Shown here piece after piece: positions 1-8,911 of a stretch of 64,000 nucleotides of DNA. Origin of the DNA: Gaiellales bacterium (lineage in GTDB: Bacteria > Actinomycetota > Thermoleophilia > Gaiellales > JAICJC01); NCBI GenBank assembly GCA_036273335.1, contig DASUHT010000018.1:586-64585 (forward strand), written 5' to 3'. The notes under the pieces are model-generated. The model was not told the origin of the DNA, did not search any database, and saw only the letters and a list, made by a program, of their open reading frames with translations. The stretch's first letter is position 1; each line of letters begins with the position of its first letter. The position numbers were made by a program, and so were the translations under genes.

Positions 1-153
1 GCTGACGCCCGGGCAGCGGGGGCGGAGCTGATCGACCAGCGGCCGCGGGTCGGCCTGTTCGGCCTCCGCGTCGCCTTTGTGCACCCCGACGGCGTGGATG
101 GGGTGCTGGTCGAGTTCGTGCAGGAATCCGAGAATGGAGCAGCGCATGAGTGA
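1..153 (+). CDS. VOC/glyoxalase-family protein, C-terminal fragment (methylmalonyl-CoA epimerase-like); 5' end lies outside the window
   Basis: Frame 1 is open from base 1. The tail ...GLRVAFVHPDGVDGVLVEFVQESENGAAHE* resembles VOC/epimerase C-termini. Stop TGA is at 151-153. Confidence 0.45.
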   Translation, partial: ADARAAGAELIDQRPRVGLFGLRVAFVHPDGVDGVLVEFVQESENGAAHE

Positions 154-364
154 GCAGCGGACACGGGTCGAGATCGGGTTCGACAGCGGCCTGATCGTGA
201 TTGCGACGATCTCGGCCAAGGAGTGGGACAAGCTGCAGAAGGGCCTCGAGGCGGGTAGCGGTGTCGTCCGCTTCGACGGCGAGGACATGGCCGGCTACCA
301 CGTCGACGTGTCCAAGGTGAGCTACGTGAAGCACGAGCAGCACGTCGGCCGGGTGGGCTTCTGA
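146..364 (+). CDS. DUF3107-family small protein
   Basis: ATG 146 overlaps the upstream stop (ATGAGTGA). MSEQRTRVEIGFDSG...VKHEQHVGRVGF fits the DUF3107 pattern, a small actinobacterial protein ending in ..VGF. Confidence 0.65.
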   Translation: MSEQRTRVEIGFDSGLIVIATISAKEWDKLQKGLEAGSGVVRFDGEDMAGYHVDVSKVSYVKHEQHVGRVGF

Positions 365-795
365 GGCGCCTGCGGCGTCCCTGGCTGGACCGGCTGGCCG
401 TCCCCTATACGACCGCCGGGAACTACGGCATCGGCTGGGTCGTCGCGGGGCTCTTCTCGGGCCAACCCGTCCGTGTCGCCGCCACCGTCTGGTCGGCGCT
501 GGGCGCAAACTACACGGTCAAGCTGGCCGTCGGCCGCGAGCGGCCGCCCGTTGCCGATGCCGAGCCGCTGATCCCCCTGCCCTCCTCGTCCTCGTTTCCC
601 TCCAGCCACGCCGCAATGTCGGTCGCTGCCGCGATGGCGCTCAGCCGCGCCCGCCCCGGGCTGGCGCCGATCTGGTGGGCCGCGGCCGGGCTGATGTGCG
701 CAAGCCGCGTCTATGTGGGCGCCCACCACCCGTCCGACGTGGCTGCCGGGGCGGCGGTCGGGGCGGCCGTGGGGACGATCGCCGGGGCGCTCTGA
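361..795 (+). CDS. PAP2-family phosphatase (membrane); start codon unresolved (no in-frame ATG/GTG/TTG before codon ~86)
   Basis: Frame 1 translation carries all three PAP2 motifs: KLAVGRERP, FPSSH and SRVYVGAHHPSDV. The frame is open from 259. The only candidate starts are CTG at 361, 370, 385 and 394. Stop TGA 793-795 overlaps the ychF ATG (TGATG). Confidence 0.6.
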   Translation: MRRLRRPWLDRLAVPYTTAGNYGIGWVVAGLFSGQPVRVAATVWSALGANYTVKLAVGRERPPVADAEPLIPLPSSSSFPSSHAAMSVAAAMALSRARPGLAPIWWAAAGLMCASRVYVGAHHPSDVAAGAAVGAAVGTIAGAL

Positions 796-1868
796 TGTCG
801 CGGCTCGAGGCCGGTCTGGTGGGGCTCCCGAACAGCGGCAAATCGAGTGTGTTCATGGCGCTCACGGGTGACCCGGCGGTGGTGGCGCCGCACATGTTCT
901 CGACCGTCGAGAGCCAGACCGGGGAGGCGCCCGTACGCGACCCACGGCTGCCCGAGCTGGCGCGGATCTCGGCGTCGGCGCGGATCGTTCCGGCGACCCT
1001 GCAGGTGGTCGACATCGCCGGCCTGGTTCGCGGCGCGTCCCATGGCGAGGGGCTGGGAAACCAGTTCCTGGGTGCGATCCGGACGACCGATGCGGTGTTG
1101 CATGTGCTTCGCTGCTTCCACGACGACGCCGTCGCCCATCCGGGTGGCCGGGTCGATCCGGTGGACGACCTGGAGACGGTCGAGCTGGAGCTGGTGCTGG
1201 CCGACCAGGCGACCGTCGAGCGGCGCGCCGAGCGGGTCGCCAAGACCGCCAAGTCAGGCGACCGCGACGCCGTCGCGGAGCACGCGCTCCTGGAGCGGCT
1301 TACGGCGTGGCTGGACGCCGGGCGGCCGGCGCGGGGATTTGCCGAGCCGCTGCCGGAGGCGCTCGACCTGCTGACCGCGAAGCCCGAGATCCTGGTCGCG
1401 AACGTCGACGAGAGCGGGAATCCCGACGACGTCGCCCGGCTCGCCGGGACGGCCGCCGAGCGCGGGCAGACGCTGATCCCGATCAACGCCAAGCTGGAGG
1501 CCGAGGTGGCCGAGCTGGCCGCCGAGGAGCGGGACGCCTTCCTGGCCGAGCTCGGGGTCGACCAGCCCGCGCTCGATCGAATCAGCCTGGCCGCCTACGC
1601 CGCGCTCGACCTGATCCCCTTCTTCACCACCGGCCCCAAGGAGACGCGGGCGTGGACGATCCGCCACGGCGAGAATGCGCAGCGGGCGGCGGGGCGCATC
1701 CATTCCGACCTGGAGCGTGGGTTCATCCGGGCCGAGGTGATTCCCTGCGACCGTCTGCTCGAGGCCGGGTCGGAGGCGGAGGCAAAGCGCCGTGGCTGGT
1801 TGCGCGTGGAGGGTCGCGACTACGTGGTCGCCGACGGCGACGTGCTGAACGTGCGGTTCAACATCTAG
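795..1868 (+). CDS. ychF: Ribosome-binding ATPase YchF (Obg-like GTPase family)
   Basis: MSRLEAGLVGLPNSGKSSVF is the P-loop. The C-terminal TGS-like tail is ...WTIRHGENAQRAAGRIHSDLERGFIRAEVI...DGDVLNVRFNI. Confidence 0.9.
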   Translation: MSRLEAGLVGLPNSGKSSVFMALTGDPAVVAPHMFSTVESQTGEAPVRDPRLPELARISASARIVPATLQVVDIAGLVRGASHGEGLGNQFLGAIRTTDAVLHVLRCFHDDAVAHPGGRVDPVDDLETVELELVLADQATVERRAERVAKTAKSGDRDAVAEHALLERLTAWLDAGRPARGFAEPLPEALDLLTAKPEILVANVDESGNPDDVARLAGTAAERGQTLIPINAKLEAEVAELAAEERDAFLAELGVDQPALDRISLAAYAALDLIPFFTTGPKETRAWTIRHGENAQRAAGRIHSDLERGFIRAEVIPCDRLLEAGSEAEAKRRGWLRVEGRDYVVADGDVLNVRFNI

Positions 1869-2713
1869 GCGAACGCCTCGCCGACGCGGGCGTCGAGCGC
1901 ATTTGCCTGGTACAGAGCGATCGCCTCCGGCGTCTCCAGGCGGCGCCCCTCGAGCGGTCCGTGGTGGCCGGCGACGGCGTTCAGGAGCGGCAGCAGCACC
2001 GCGTCGGCGAGCCCCAGCTCGCGCGCGCCGGCGTCGATCATGCGGACTCCGGCGAGCACGTGGCCAAGCAGACGGCCCTCCTCGGACAGCGCGATCGTGA
2101 CGCCGCCCGTGAACGTCTCGGTGCGGCCGACGTCGTGCAGGAGCGCCGCCGCCAGCAGCAGGTCGGGGTCGAGGCGCGGATGGAGCTGGGCGGTCTCCCG
2201 GCACAGCGAGGCGACCGCCACCGTGTGCTCGAGCAGGCCGCCGGCGTACGCGTGGTGCGTCTCGGAGGCGGGCGCCGAGCGCATGCGGGCGCGGAGTCCC
2301 GGGTCGTCGACGAAGCGCGAGACAAGCTCGGCCAGGCCCTCGTGGTGGATCTCCCCGGCGAGGAACTCGACGAATCCCTCCAGGGTCTCGGCGTCCCGCC
2401 GCGAGCCCGGCACCAGCTCCAGCGGGTCGCCCTGGTCGACCTTCTCCAGGTCGCGGACCTCGATCTGCAGGCGGCCGCCGTAGCTGGCCACCCGGCCCAG
2501 CACGCGCACCGTGTCGCCCGGCTCGAAGCGGGCGCCGAGCACGTTCACGTCCTTCCACATGACGCCCGCCACGCGGCCGGTGCGGTCGGCCAGCTCGACC
2601 GTCAGGAAGGGGTCGCCGTTTCGCGTCCGCCGGCGCTGCTTGCGCTGCACGGCGAAGGTCGCGTCGACCAGCGTTCCCTCGCTGAGATCCGCCACGTAGG
2701 TTGCGCCGGCCAT
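1865..2713 (-). CDS. OB-fold nucleic-acid-binding + HD-domain protein (YhaM-like 3'-5' exoribonuclease family)
   Basis: The N-terminal OB region is FLTVELADRTGRVAGVMW. The HD region is HHAYAGGLLEHT...LLHDVGR. The start is taken at MAGATYVADL (ATG 2713) rather than the ORF-track start at 2761. Confidence 0.7.
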   Translation of the reverse strand: MAGATYVADLSEGTLVDATFAVQRKQRRRTRNGDPFLTVELADRTGRVAGVMWKDVNVLGARFEPGDTVRVLGRVASYGGRLQIEVRDLEKVDQGDPLELVPGSRRDAETLEGFVEFLAGEIHHEGLAELVSRFVDDPGLRARMRSAPASETHHAYAGGLLEHTVAVASLCRETAQLHPRLDPDLLLAAALLHDVGRTETFTGGVTIALSEEGRLLGHVLAGVRMIDAGARELGLADAVLLPLLNAVAGHHGPLEGRRLETPEAIALYQANALDARVGEAFA

Positions 2714-2741
2714 GCCAGGCCAGTCTATTAGACTCCCGCGC

Positions 2742-4013
2742 GTGAGTTCGACCCCGACCACGCGGCAGGCGCTGCGGCCGCTGCGTGCCCTCCGCTACGA
2801 CCCGGCGAAGGTCGACCTGGCGGACGTCGTGGCGCCTCCCTACGACGTCATCTCCGAGGCCGACCGCGAGGTTCTGCGGGCGCGCAGCGACTTCTCGGTG
2901 GTCAACCTGATCCTGCCCGACAGCCCCCGTCGAGCCGCCGACCTGCTGCACGCCTGGCGCCGCGACGGAGTGCTCGCCCGCGACGCCGAGCCGGTCGTCT
3001 GGTGGCACCGGCAGCGGTTCGTCGGCCCCGACGGCGTCGAGCGGACGCGCAGCGGGTTTCTCAGCGACGTCCGCCTCTCGCCCTACGACGAGGGGCGGAT
3101 CCGGCCGCACGAGCAGACCCACTCGCGGGTCAAGTCCGACCTGCTGGAGCTGCTGCGGGCGACCCGAACGACGCTCTCGCCGATCTTTGGCTTCTACGAC
3201 GACCCGGACGATCAGGCGCGGGGGCAGCTGGAGCCCGCGGCGGGCGCCGAGCCGGCGATGCTCGTGACCGACTCCGACGGCACCGAGCACGCGTTCTGGC
3301 CGGTCGCCGCGGAGAATGCGGTTGCGGCCGCCCAGGAGGCGCTGGCCGAGCGGGAGATCCTGATCGCGGACGGCCACCACCGCTACGAGACGGCGCTTGC
3401 CTACCACGAGGAGCGGGGTGGTGAGGGCGCCGACCACATCCTCATGTACCTGGCCAACGTGCACGGCGGCGGCCTCGCCGTGTATCCCACCCACCGCGTC
3501 GTGATGGGCCGGCGCGAGGTCACCCCCGACCTGCTCGCCGCCTTCGACGTTCGCGAGCTGGAGGCGACGCCGGCGCAACTCGAGGCGGAGCTGAACGAGG
3601 TGCCTGCGGAGCGCATCGCCTTCGCCGTCTGGCGCGGGCCGCAGCGGCCGCCGCTGCTCTGCCTGCTGCGCGACCGGGGCGCCGTGATGATGGCGATGTC
3701 GCACGCGCCGGCGGCGCTTCGCAAGGTCGACGCGGCCGTGCTCGAGTCGGTCATCCTGGCCCCGATGCTGGGGCTCCTGCACGCGCCCGAGGAGTTCCTG
3801 GAAACCGAGGATGTCCGCTACGTGCGCGACCGCGGGGCAGCCTGCGCGCTGGTCGACTCGGGCGAGTCGGCGGCCGCCTTCATCCTGCGGGCGCCGCCGC
3901 TGGGGCAGGTCATGGACGTTGCCCGGGCCGGCGCCCTGATGCCCCAGAAGTCGACCTACTTCTTCCCCAAGCTGTGGTCGGGATTCCTGCTCGATCCGCA
4001 CGAGGACGCGTGA
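2742..4013 (+). CDS. DUF1015-family protein
   Basis: LRPLRALRYDPAKVDLADVVAPPYDVISEADRE is the hallmark DUF1015 N-terminus. GTG 2742 is preferred over ATG 2712, because 2712 would overlap the divergent start codon (CATG). Confidence 0.8.
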   Translation: MSSTPTTRQALRPLRALRYDPAKVDLADVVAPPYDVISEADREVLRARSDFSVVNLILPDSPRRAADLLHAWRRDGVLARDAEPVVWWHRQRFVGPDGVERTRSGFLSDVRLSPYDEGRIRPHEQTHSRVKSDLLELLRATRTTLSPIFGFYDDPDDQARGQLEPAAGAEPAMLVTDSDGTEHAFWPVAAENAVAAAQEALAEREILIADGHHRYETALAYHEERGGEGADHILMYLANVHGGGLAVYPTHRVVMGRREVTPDLLAAFDVRELEATPAQLEAELNEVPAERIAFAVWRGPQRPPLLCLLRDRGAVMMAMSHAPAALRKVDAAVLESVILAPMLGLLHAPEEFLETEDVRYVRDRGAACALVDSGESAAAFILRAPPLGQVMDVARAGALMPQKSTYFFPKLWSGFLLDPHEDA

Positions 4014-4825
4014 GGGAGGACTGGCTGCGCTTCTGCCGCGCGGTGGCGGCGGACGTGGAGGACATGCTTCGCCGCTTCCCCACCCGGGACGATCGCGAGC
4101 CGGTGGTCGGCCAGGGCGAGGGAGGAGACGACACCACCGTGATCGACCGCGAGGCCGAGGCGGCGGCGGTCGCACGGCTGGAGGAGCTGGCCGGGCGCGG
4201 CATCTCGTTCCGGCTCGTCTCGGAGGAGCTCGGCGAGCGGACGTTCGGCGACGGCGACAGCCCCTGGGTGGTGGTCGTCGACCCGATCGACGGATCGCTC
4301 AATGCCAAGCGCGGCCTGCCCTTCTTCTGCCTCTCGATCGCCATCGCCGACGGGCCGACGCTGGACGACGTCCGCTTCGCGTTCGTCCGCGACCTGGCCG
4401 GGGGTGAGGAGTGGGTCGCCGAGCGCGGCCGGGGGGCGACGGTGGGCGGGCGGCCGCTGGGCGGCGTCCGGCCGAAGCAGCGGCTGGGCGTGGTCGATGT
4501 CGAGGCAACCAACGCGGGCCTGCTTGCCGACGCGGCGGCGCGGCTGGACGGCAGCGTCGGCCGCATCCGCGTCCTGGGCGCGCTCGCCCTGGCGCTCTGC
4601 CAGCTCGCCGACGGGCGCGTGGACGGCGTCGCGACGCTGAAGCCGTCCCGCTCGGTCGACCTGGCTGCAGCCGCGCTCGTCGTCCGGGAAGCCGGCTCGG
4701 CCTTCCGCACACTCGGCGTCGACCCGCTGCCGCTCGGCCTCTCGGCGCGGGCGCACGCCGTGGCGGCGCGCGATACCGCGATGTGCGACCGCCTGGCCGG
4801 GCTGCTCCATCCAGCGGCCATCTAG
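4010..4825 (+). CDS. Inositol monophosphatase / FBPase-family phosphatase
   Basis: Motifs VVVVDPIDGSLNAKRG and a WDxAA-like LAAAALVVREAG. GTG 4010 forms a GTGA overlap with the DUF1015 stop. Confidence 0.75.
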   Translation: MREDWLRFCRAVAADVEDMLRRFPTRDDREPVVGQGEGGDDTTVIDREAEAAAVARLEELAGRGISFRLVSEELGERTFGDGDSPWVVVVDPIDGSLNAKRGLPFFCLSIAIADGPTLDDVRFAFVRDLAGGEEWVAERGRGATVGGRPLGGVRPKQRLGVVDVEATNAGLLADAAARLDGSVGRIRVLGALALALCQLADGRVDGVATLKPSRSVDLAAAALVVREAGSAFRTLGVDPLPLGLSARAHAVAARDTAMCDRLAGLLHPAAI

Positions 4826-4834
4826 ACTCTGGGT

Positions 4835-5947
4835 GTGATCTCCGAGGAGGCAGTCCGCGAGGCCCTGGTCGGCGTCATCGACCCCGAGATCCGGCGCAGC
4901 GTCGTCGAGCTGGACATGGTGCGATCGGTGACGGTGGCCGACCCGCTGGTCGAGGTGACTATCGCGCTCACCGTGCCCGGCTGCCCGATGAAGGCCGATC
5001 TCGAGCGCCAGGTGCGCGAGCGGGTCGGCGGCGTCGATGGGGTCGGCGAGGTTCGGGTGTCCTTCGACGTGATGACGCCGGAGCAGCGGGCCACGCTGCG
5101 CGGGCGCCTGCAGGGCGGCGGCGGCCAGGGAGAGCAGAAGCCGATCGCGCTTCGCCCGACCACCCGCGTGGTCGCCCTGGCGTCCGGCAAGGGCGGCGTC
5201 GGCAAGTCGACGCTGGCCGTCAACCTGGCGGCGGCGCTGGCCGCCGGCGGCGCCGAGGTGGGGGTGGTCGACGCCGACATCTACGGCTACTCGATCCCTC
5301 GCATGCTGGGCATCGATCGCCGGCCGGTCGTGGTCGACGGGATGATCGTGCCGCCGGTCGTACACGACCTGCGGGTCATCTCGATCGGCTTCTTCACCCA
5401 GCCGGACGCGGCCGTGGTATGGCGCGGGCCGATGCTCCACCGCGCCCTGGAGCAGTTCCTGACCGACGTCCACTGGGGCGACCTGGACTACCTCGTCGTG
5501 GACATGCCGCCCGGTACCGGGGATGTCTCGATCTCGCTCGGCCAGCTGCTGCCCGAGCCTGACCTGGTCCTGGTGACGACGCCGCAGCCGGCCGCCCAGT
5601 CGGTGGCCCGGCGGGCGGCCGAGATGGCCGGCAAGACGGGCATGCGGGTGGCCGGCGTGGTCGAGAACATGAGCTACCTCGTGTGTCCCGGCTGCGGCGA
5701 GCGCAGCCACCCCTTCGGGAGCGGTGGCGGCCGCGCGCTGGCCGACGAGCTGAACGTCCCGCTGCTCGGGCAGGTTCCCCTGGACGAGCCGCTGCGGGTG
5801 GCCGCCGACGACGGGCTGCCGCTCGTCCTGGCCGACCCCCAGGCCGCCTCGGCGCGGGCGGTCGCCGAGCTGGCGGCGGAACTCCCGGGTGCCCTGCGCC
5901 CGCGCCGGCCGGCCGAGCGGATCACCCAGCGCCTGGGCGTCGTCTAG
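4835..5947 (+). CDS. apbC: Mrp/ApbC/NBP35-family Fe-S cluster carrier ATPase with N-terminal DUF59 (MIP18) domain
   Basis: VIDPEIRRSVVELDMV is the DUF59 region. SGKGGVGKST is the deviant Walker A. CPGCGERSHPFG is the CxxC motif. Confidence 0.9.
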   Translation: MISEEAVREALVGVIDPEIRRSVVELDMVRSVTVADPLVEVTIALTVPGCPMKADLERQVRERVGGVDGVGEVRVSFDVMTPEQRATLRGRLQGGGGQGEQKPIALRPTTRVVALASGKGGVGKSTLAVNLAAALAAGGAEVGVVDADIYGYSIPRMLGIDRRPVVVDGMIVPPVVHDLRVISIGFFTQPDAAVVWRGPMLHRALEQFLTDVHWGDLDYLVVDMPPGTGDVSISLGQLLPEPDLVLVTTPQPAAQSVARRAAEMAGKTGMRVAGVVENMSYLVCPGCGERSHPFGSGGGRALADELNVPLLGQVPLDEPLRVAADDGLPLVLADPQAASARAVAELAAELPGALRPRRPAERITQRLGVV

Positions 5948-6774
5948 CTCGTCTCGGCCGAGCGCTCGCGGAGGATCCGCAGGACGACCGGGTCGATGGT
6001 GCCCGGCGCCAGCCGCTCCTCCAGGTTCTCGCCGCCCGCCCATGCGGCCAGCGCCGGCTCCAGCTCGCCGTCGAAGCCGAGGCTGCCGAGCCGGCTTCCC
6101 AGCTCCGCCTGCACCTGTTCCAGCGGGATCAGCTGGTCCTCCGGCGTGCGGCCAAAGAGCAGGTCGTGGATCTCGTACAGGCGTGCCAGCTCGATCACCG
6201 GGTCAGGATGGTCGTCCACCCGCAGGTCGACCAGGATGTCGTTGTTGCCGCCGTAGCCGGCGTCCCGCTTGCGCACGATCATGCTCGCCGACTGCCGGCC
6301 GCGGCTGTCGCCACCGGCCCGGTCGGCCGCCGTCAGCGCCGCCAGCAGGCGCTCGGCCAGCGACCCGCCGTTCTCGCTGAAGGTGTCCGCGAGCGCGTCC
6401 ACCACGTCGGCGCCGGTGAGGATGTTGCCCTGGGCCGCGTAGCAGTCGCCGGTGCGGCCGCCGGCCCAGTCGAAGCACTCGCCGCCGGTGAACGTTGCGC
6501 CCCGGCCCTGCCCGTCGACGATGCCCACCTGCCGCTGCTCGCGGTCTGGATCGGGCGCGAGCAGGCGCTGCATCGCCTCCTCGGCGGATGCCCCCGCGCG
6601 CAGGGCGGTCAGGCCGTCCGGGCCGTAGGTCACGTTCGCGTAGGACTGGGTGGCGACCGCGCCGACCTCGCCTTCGCCCCAGGGCACGACCGAGCCAACG
6701 GCGAGGAACTTGGACGCCACCGCCACGCCCCATTCGCGGGCTTCCAGGTCGCAGGCGACGAGCGAGAAGGTCAC
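5944..6774 (-). CDS. DUF1028-family (Ntn-hydrolase-like) protein
   Basis: VTFSLVACDLEAREWGVAVASKFLAVGSVVPWG is the typical DUF1028 N-terminus. GTG 6774 forms a GTGA overlap with the upstream stop. It is the C-terminal part of the 524-aa composite ORF. Confidence 0.75.
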   Translation of the reverse strand: MTFSLVACDLEAREWGVAVASKFLAVGSVVPWGEGEVGAVATQSYANVTYGPDGLTALRAGASAEEAMQRLLAPDPDREQRQVGIVDGQGRGATFTGGECFDWAGGRTGDCYAAQGNILTGADVVDALADTFSENGGSLAERLLAALTAADRAGGDSRGRQSASMIVRKRDAGYGGNNDILVDLRVDDHPDPVIELARLYEIHDLLFGRTPEDQLIPLEQVQAELGSRLGSLGFDGELEPALAAWAGGENLEERLAPGTIDPVVLRILRERSAETS

Positions 6775-7484
6775 CGCAGCGTCCCGCCTGGTTCCAGCTC
6801 CTCGACCGTCACGTCCAGACCCCGCGCGGCACAGGCCTCGCGCAACTGCTGCGGCGTCCCGGGCAGCACCGGGAACGTCCCGTAGTGCATGCCCAGGACG
6901 CGGCGGACGCCGAGCAGCTCGACGGCCTTGGCCGCCGCCGCCGGGCCCATGGTGAAGAAGTCGCCGATCGGCAGCATGGCGAGGTCGGGGGCGTAGAGCT
7001 CGCCGATCAGCGACATGTCGCCGAACACGGTCGTGTCGCCTGCGAAGTACACCTTGTAGCCGCTGTCGATCGTCAGCACGAAGCCGGCCGGCTCGCCGGT
7101 GTAGACGATCGACCCGTCCTCGGCGCTGACGCTGGAGGAGTGCAGCGCCTGGGTCATCGTCACTCGCTGGCCGGCCGCCTCGGTCGAGCCGCCCTTGTTG
7201 ATGCCGACGGTGTTCTCGACCCCCTGGCTCTCGAACCAGGCCATCAGCTCCAACATGCCGACGACCGCCTGCGGCTGCTTCTCGGCGGCCAGCCGGACGA
7301 GGTCGCCGGTGTGGTCGGAGTGCCCGTGGGAGACCAGGATCAGGTCGACTCGGCCTGGGTCGGCGGCGTCCTCGGGGGTGGCCGGGTTCCCGGTCACCCA
7401 GGGATCGAACAGCACACGGGTACCGCCCGGCGTCTCGAGCACGAAGGTCGAGTGGCCGAGCCAGGTGAGCGCTCCCAGAGACAT
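6771..7484 (-). CDS. Metal-dependent hydrolase, MBL fold (UPF0173 family)
   Basis: LTWLGHSTFVLETPGGTRVLFDPW and SHGHSDHTGD motifs. Confidence 0.8.
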   Translation of the reverse strand: MSLGALTWLGHSTFVLETPGGTRVLFDPWVTGNPATPEDAADPGRVDLILVSHGHSDHTGDLVRLAAEKQPQAVVGMLELMAWFESQGVENTVGINKGGSTEAAGQRVTMTQALHSSSVSAEDGSIVYTGEPAGFVLTIDSGYKVYFAGDTTVFGDMSLIGELYAPDLAMLPIGDFFTMGPAAAAKAVELLGVRRVLGMHYGTFPVLPGTPQQLREACAARGLDVTVEELEPGGTLR

Positions 7485-7565
7485 CGATCAGCTCCTTGTC
7501 GGTTCCGGAAGCGCACACTATCGGGGGGCAGGAGCCGAGGCAACGAGAGCGAACACGGTGGACTC

Positions 7566-7997
7566 ATGCACCTGTCGAAACCGATTCGCCTCGCGCTTGC
7601 CGGCGCGGCGCTGGCGGCCGTGTCCGGGCGGATGCCGCCGCTGCTCGCCTTCTACCTGGCGCTGGTCGCCGCCGCCTGCCTGCTGGGCGCAGCATTCCTC
7701 GGTCACCTGCGGGCGGTCGATGATCCCGGGCCGGCGACGATCGTCGAGGCGGCCGCCTGCGCCGCCGCCGGGCTGTTGATGGTCGTCACCGCGGCGGTGC
7801 GGTTCCCGGGCATCGGGATCGGGGAGGCGACCGGGGGCGGCGTGCTCGTCCGCGTCGCGATCGCGATCATCGTGGCGGCCGCGATCCTGCCGCCGCTCGT
7901 CCGCGGCGTCGCCGCGGCGGTGGGGCACGCGCATGCGTTGGATGCCCGCAAGGAGGCGCTCTCCAAGCGCGTCCGGCGCATCGTCGGCACCGCCTGA
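7566..7997 (+). CDS. Hypothetical integral membrane protein
   Basis: ATG 7566. Translation shows 3-4 hydrophobic spans (LLAFYLALVAAACLLGAAFL, AAACAAAGLLMVVTAAV, VAIAIIVAAAILPPL). No family recognised. Confidence 0.5.
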   Translation: MHLSKPIRLALAGAALAAVSGRMPPLLAFYLALVAAACLLGAAFLGHLRAVDDPGPATIVEAAACAAAGLLMVVTAAVRFPGIGIGEATGGGVLVRVAIAIIVAAAILPPLVRGVAAAVGHAHALDARKEALSKRVRRIVGTA

Positions 7998-8043
7998 GCG
8001 GGGTTCGGTCAGGTCCCACTACAGCCCGACGGGGTGCCGGCCG

Positions 8044-8814
8044 ATGAGTGACCAAGAGATGTCGCTGACTGCCCCCACACCCTCGGGACGGATCGCCCAG
8101 TTCGTCGGCATGCTGCCGTCACTGCCGACCACCCTGCCAGTGTTCGCGCCCGCCGGCGGCGTGGTCGAGATCACCATCGTCGCGGACGAGGGCAGCCACG
8201 TCGCGCTCTACGCGCCGGATACGCTCGGCGCGGTCGGGACCGAGATCGAGGCCCAGTTGCGCGACGACGAGGGGAACGGCTATGACGTCAAGCTGCGGGT
8301 CAAGAACGCCTTCTTCCAGGGCGGCGACCGGACGCTCGTGCACGTCGCCGTGGACGACATCGTTCGCCGCTCCGGCGTGCGTGAGACACCTCGCGCCAGG
8401 CTGACCGGCGTTGCCCACGCCCGCGTCGTCTTCTCCAACGATCTGCCGGCCGGGCACGAATTCCAGGTGCGGCTGGCCGACGCATCCGCCTCCGGCGTCG
8501 CCTTCATCACCGACATGGTGCCGGCAATCGGCGACAAGCTGGCGGTCAAGGTGCCGCTGAGCACGGGCACCATCGTGCTCGAGGCGCTGGTCGCCCACGT
8601 CGACCCGGCTCCGTTCGGCCGCAACCGGATCGGCTGCGAGGTGCGGGTCGAGAGCGAGCGCGACCAGGCGGCCCTGGCCGAGGTCGCGGCGTCCGTCGAC
8701 GGCGACGCCGGCAGCGAGCAGAGCCGCCGGCCGGAGCTCGGCGGCGCAATGACGCAGAGCCGCAACCCGGTGTCCGCGCTGCAGCAGCGGCTGGACTCTC
8801 AGCGCTCGGCGTAG
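8044..8814 (+). CDS. PilZ-domain protein (putative c-di-GMP receptor) with an uncharacterised N-terminal domain
   Basis: The RxxxR motif (RETPR) is followed about 25 aa later by DxSxxG (DASASG). Start at ATG 8044. Confidence 0.6.
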   Translation: MSDQEMSLTAPTPSGRIAQFVGMLPSLPTTLPVFAPAGGVVEITIVADEGSHVALYAPDTLGAVGTEIEAQLRDDEGNGYDVKLRVKNAFFQGGDRTLVHVAVDDIVRRSGVRETPRARLTGVAHARVVFSNDLPAGHEFQVRLADASASGVAFITDMVPAIGDKLAVKVPLSTGTIVLEALVAHVDPAPFGRNRIGCEVRVESERDQAALAEVAASVDGDAGSEQSRRPELGGAMTQSRNPVSALQQRLDSQRSA

Positions 8815-8875
8815 CGGCAATCCCGCAATTCTCCATGGAAACCGCCCTCCCCGGGCGGTGGCGGCGCATTGACGT

Positions 8876-8911
8876 TTGACAGACGCCATAAGTGACGTCA
8901 TACTGACGTCA
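8876..8911 (+). promoter_or_regulatory. SigA-type promoter giving a leaderless transcript: TTGACA (8876-8881) - 17 nt - CATACT (8899-8904) - 6 nt - A of ATG 8911
   Basis: Hexamers and spacing were read directly. No Shine-Dalgarno can fit between the -10 and the ATG. Confidence 0.6.
8893..8911. promoter_or_regulatory. Two TGACGTCA palindromes 11 bp apart (8893-8900, 8904-8911) spanning the -10 and the start codon; putative operator
   Basis: The sequence is gTGACGTCAtacTGACGTCAtg. An extra GACGT half-site lies at 8871-8875. Confidence 0.5.

Noticed and set aside
1254-4175. 973-aa minus-strand ORF spanning ychF, the YhaM-like gene and DUF1015
   Set aside because: The translation is Arg/Pro/Gly/Ala-rich and low in complexity, as is typical of out-of-frame reading of high-GC DNA. 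It overlaps three genes with clear family signatures on both strands.
3956-6043. 695-aa minus-strand ORF antisense to the IMPase and mrp genes
   Set aside because: It has the same off-frame composition and no recognisable motifs. The sense-strand genes have strong signatures.
5944-7518. 524-aa ORF treated as a single gene
   Set aside because: It is a composite. Only the C-terminal 276 codons (from GTG 6774) match DUF1028. The N-terminal part is an out-of-frame read over the MBL hydrolase gene (6771-7484).
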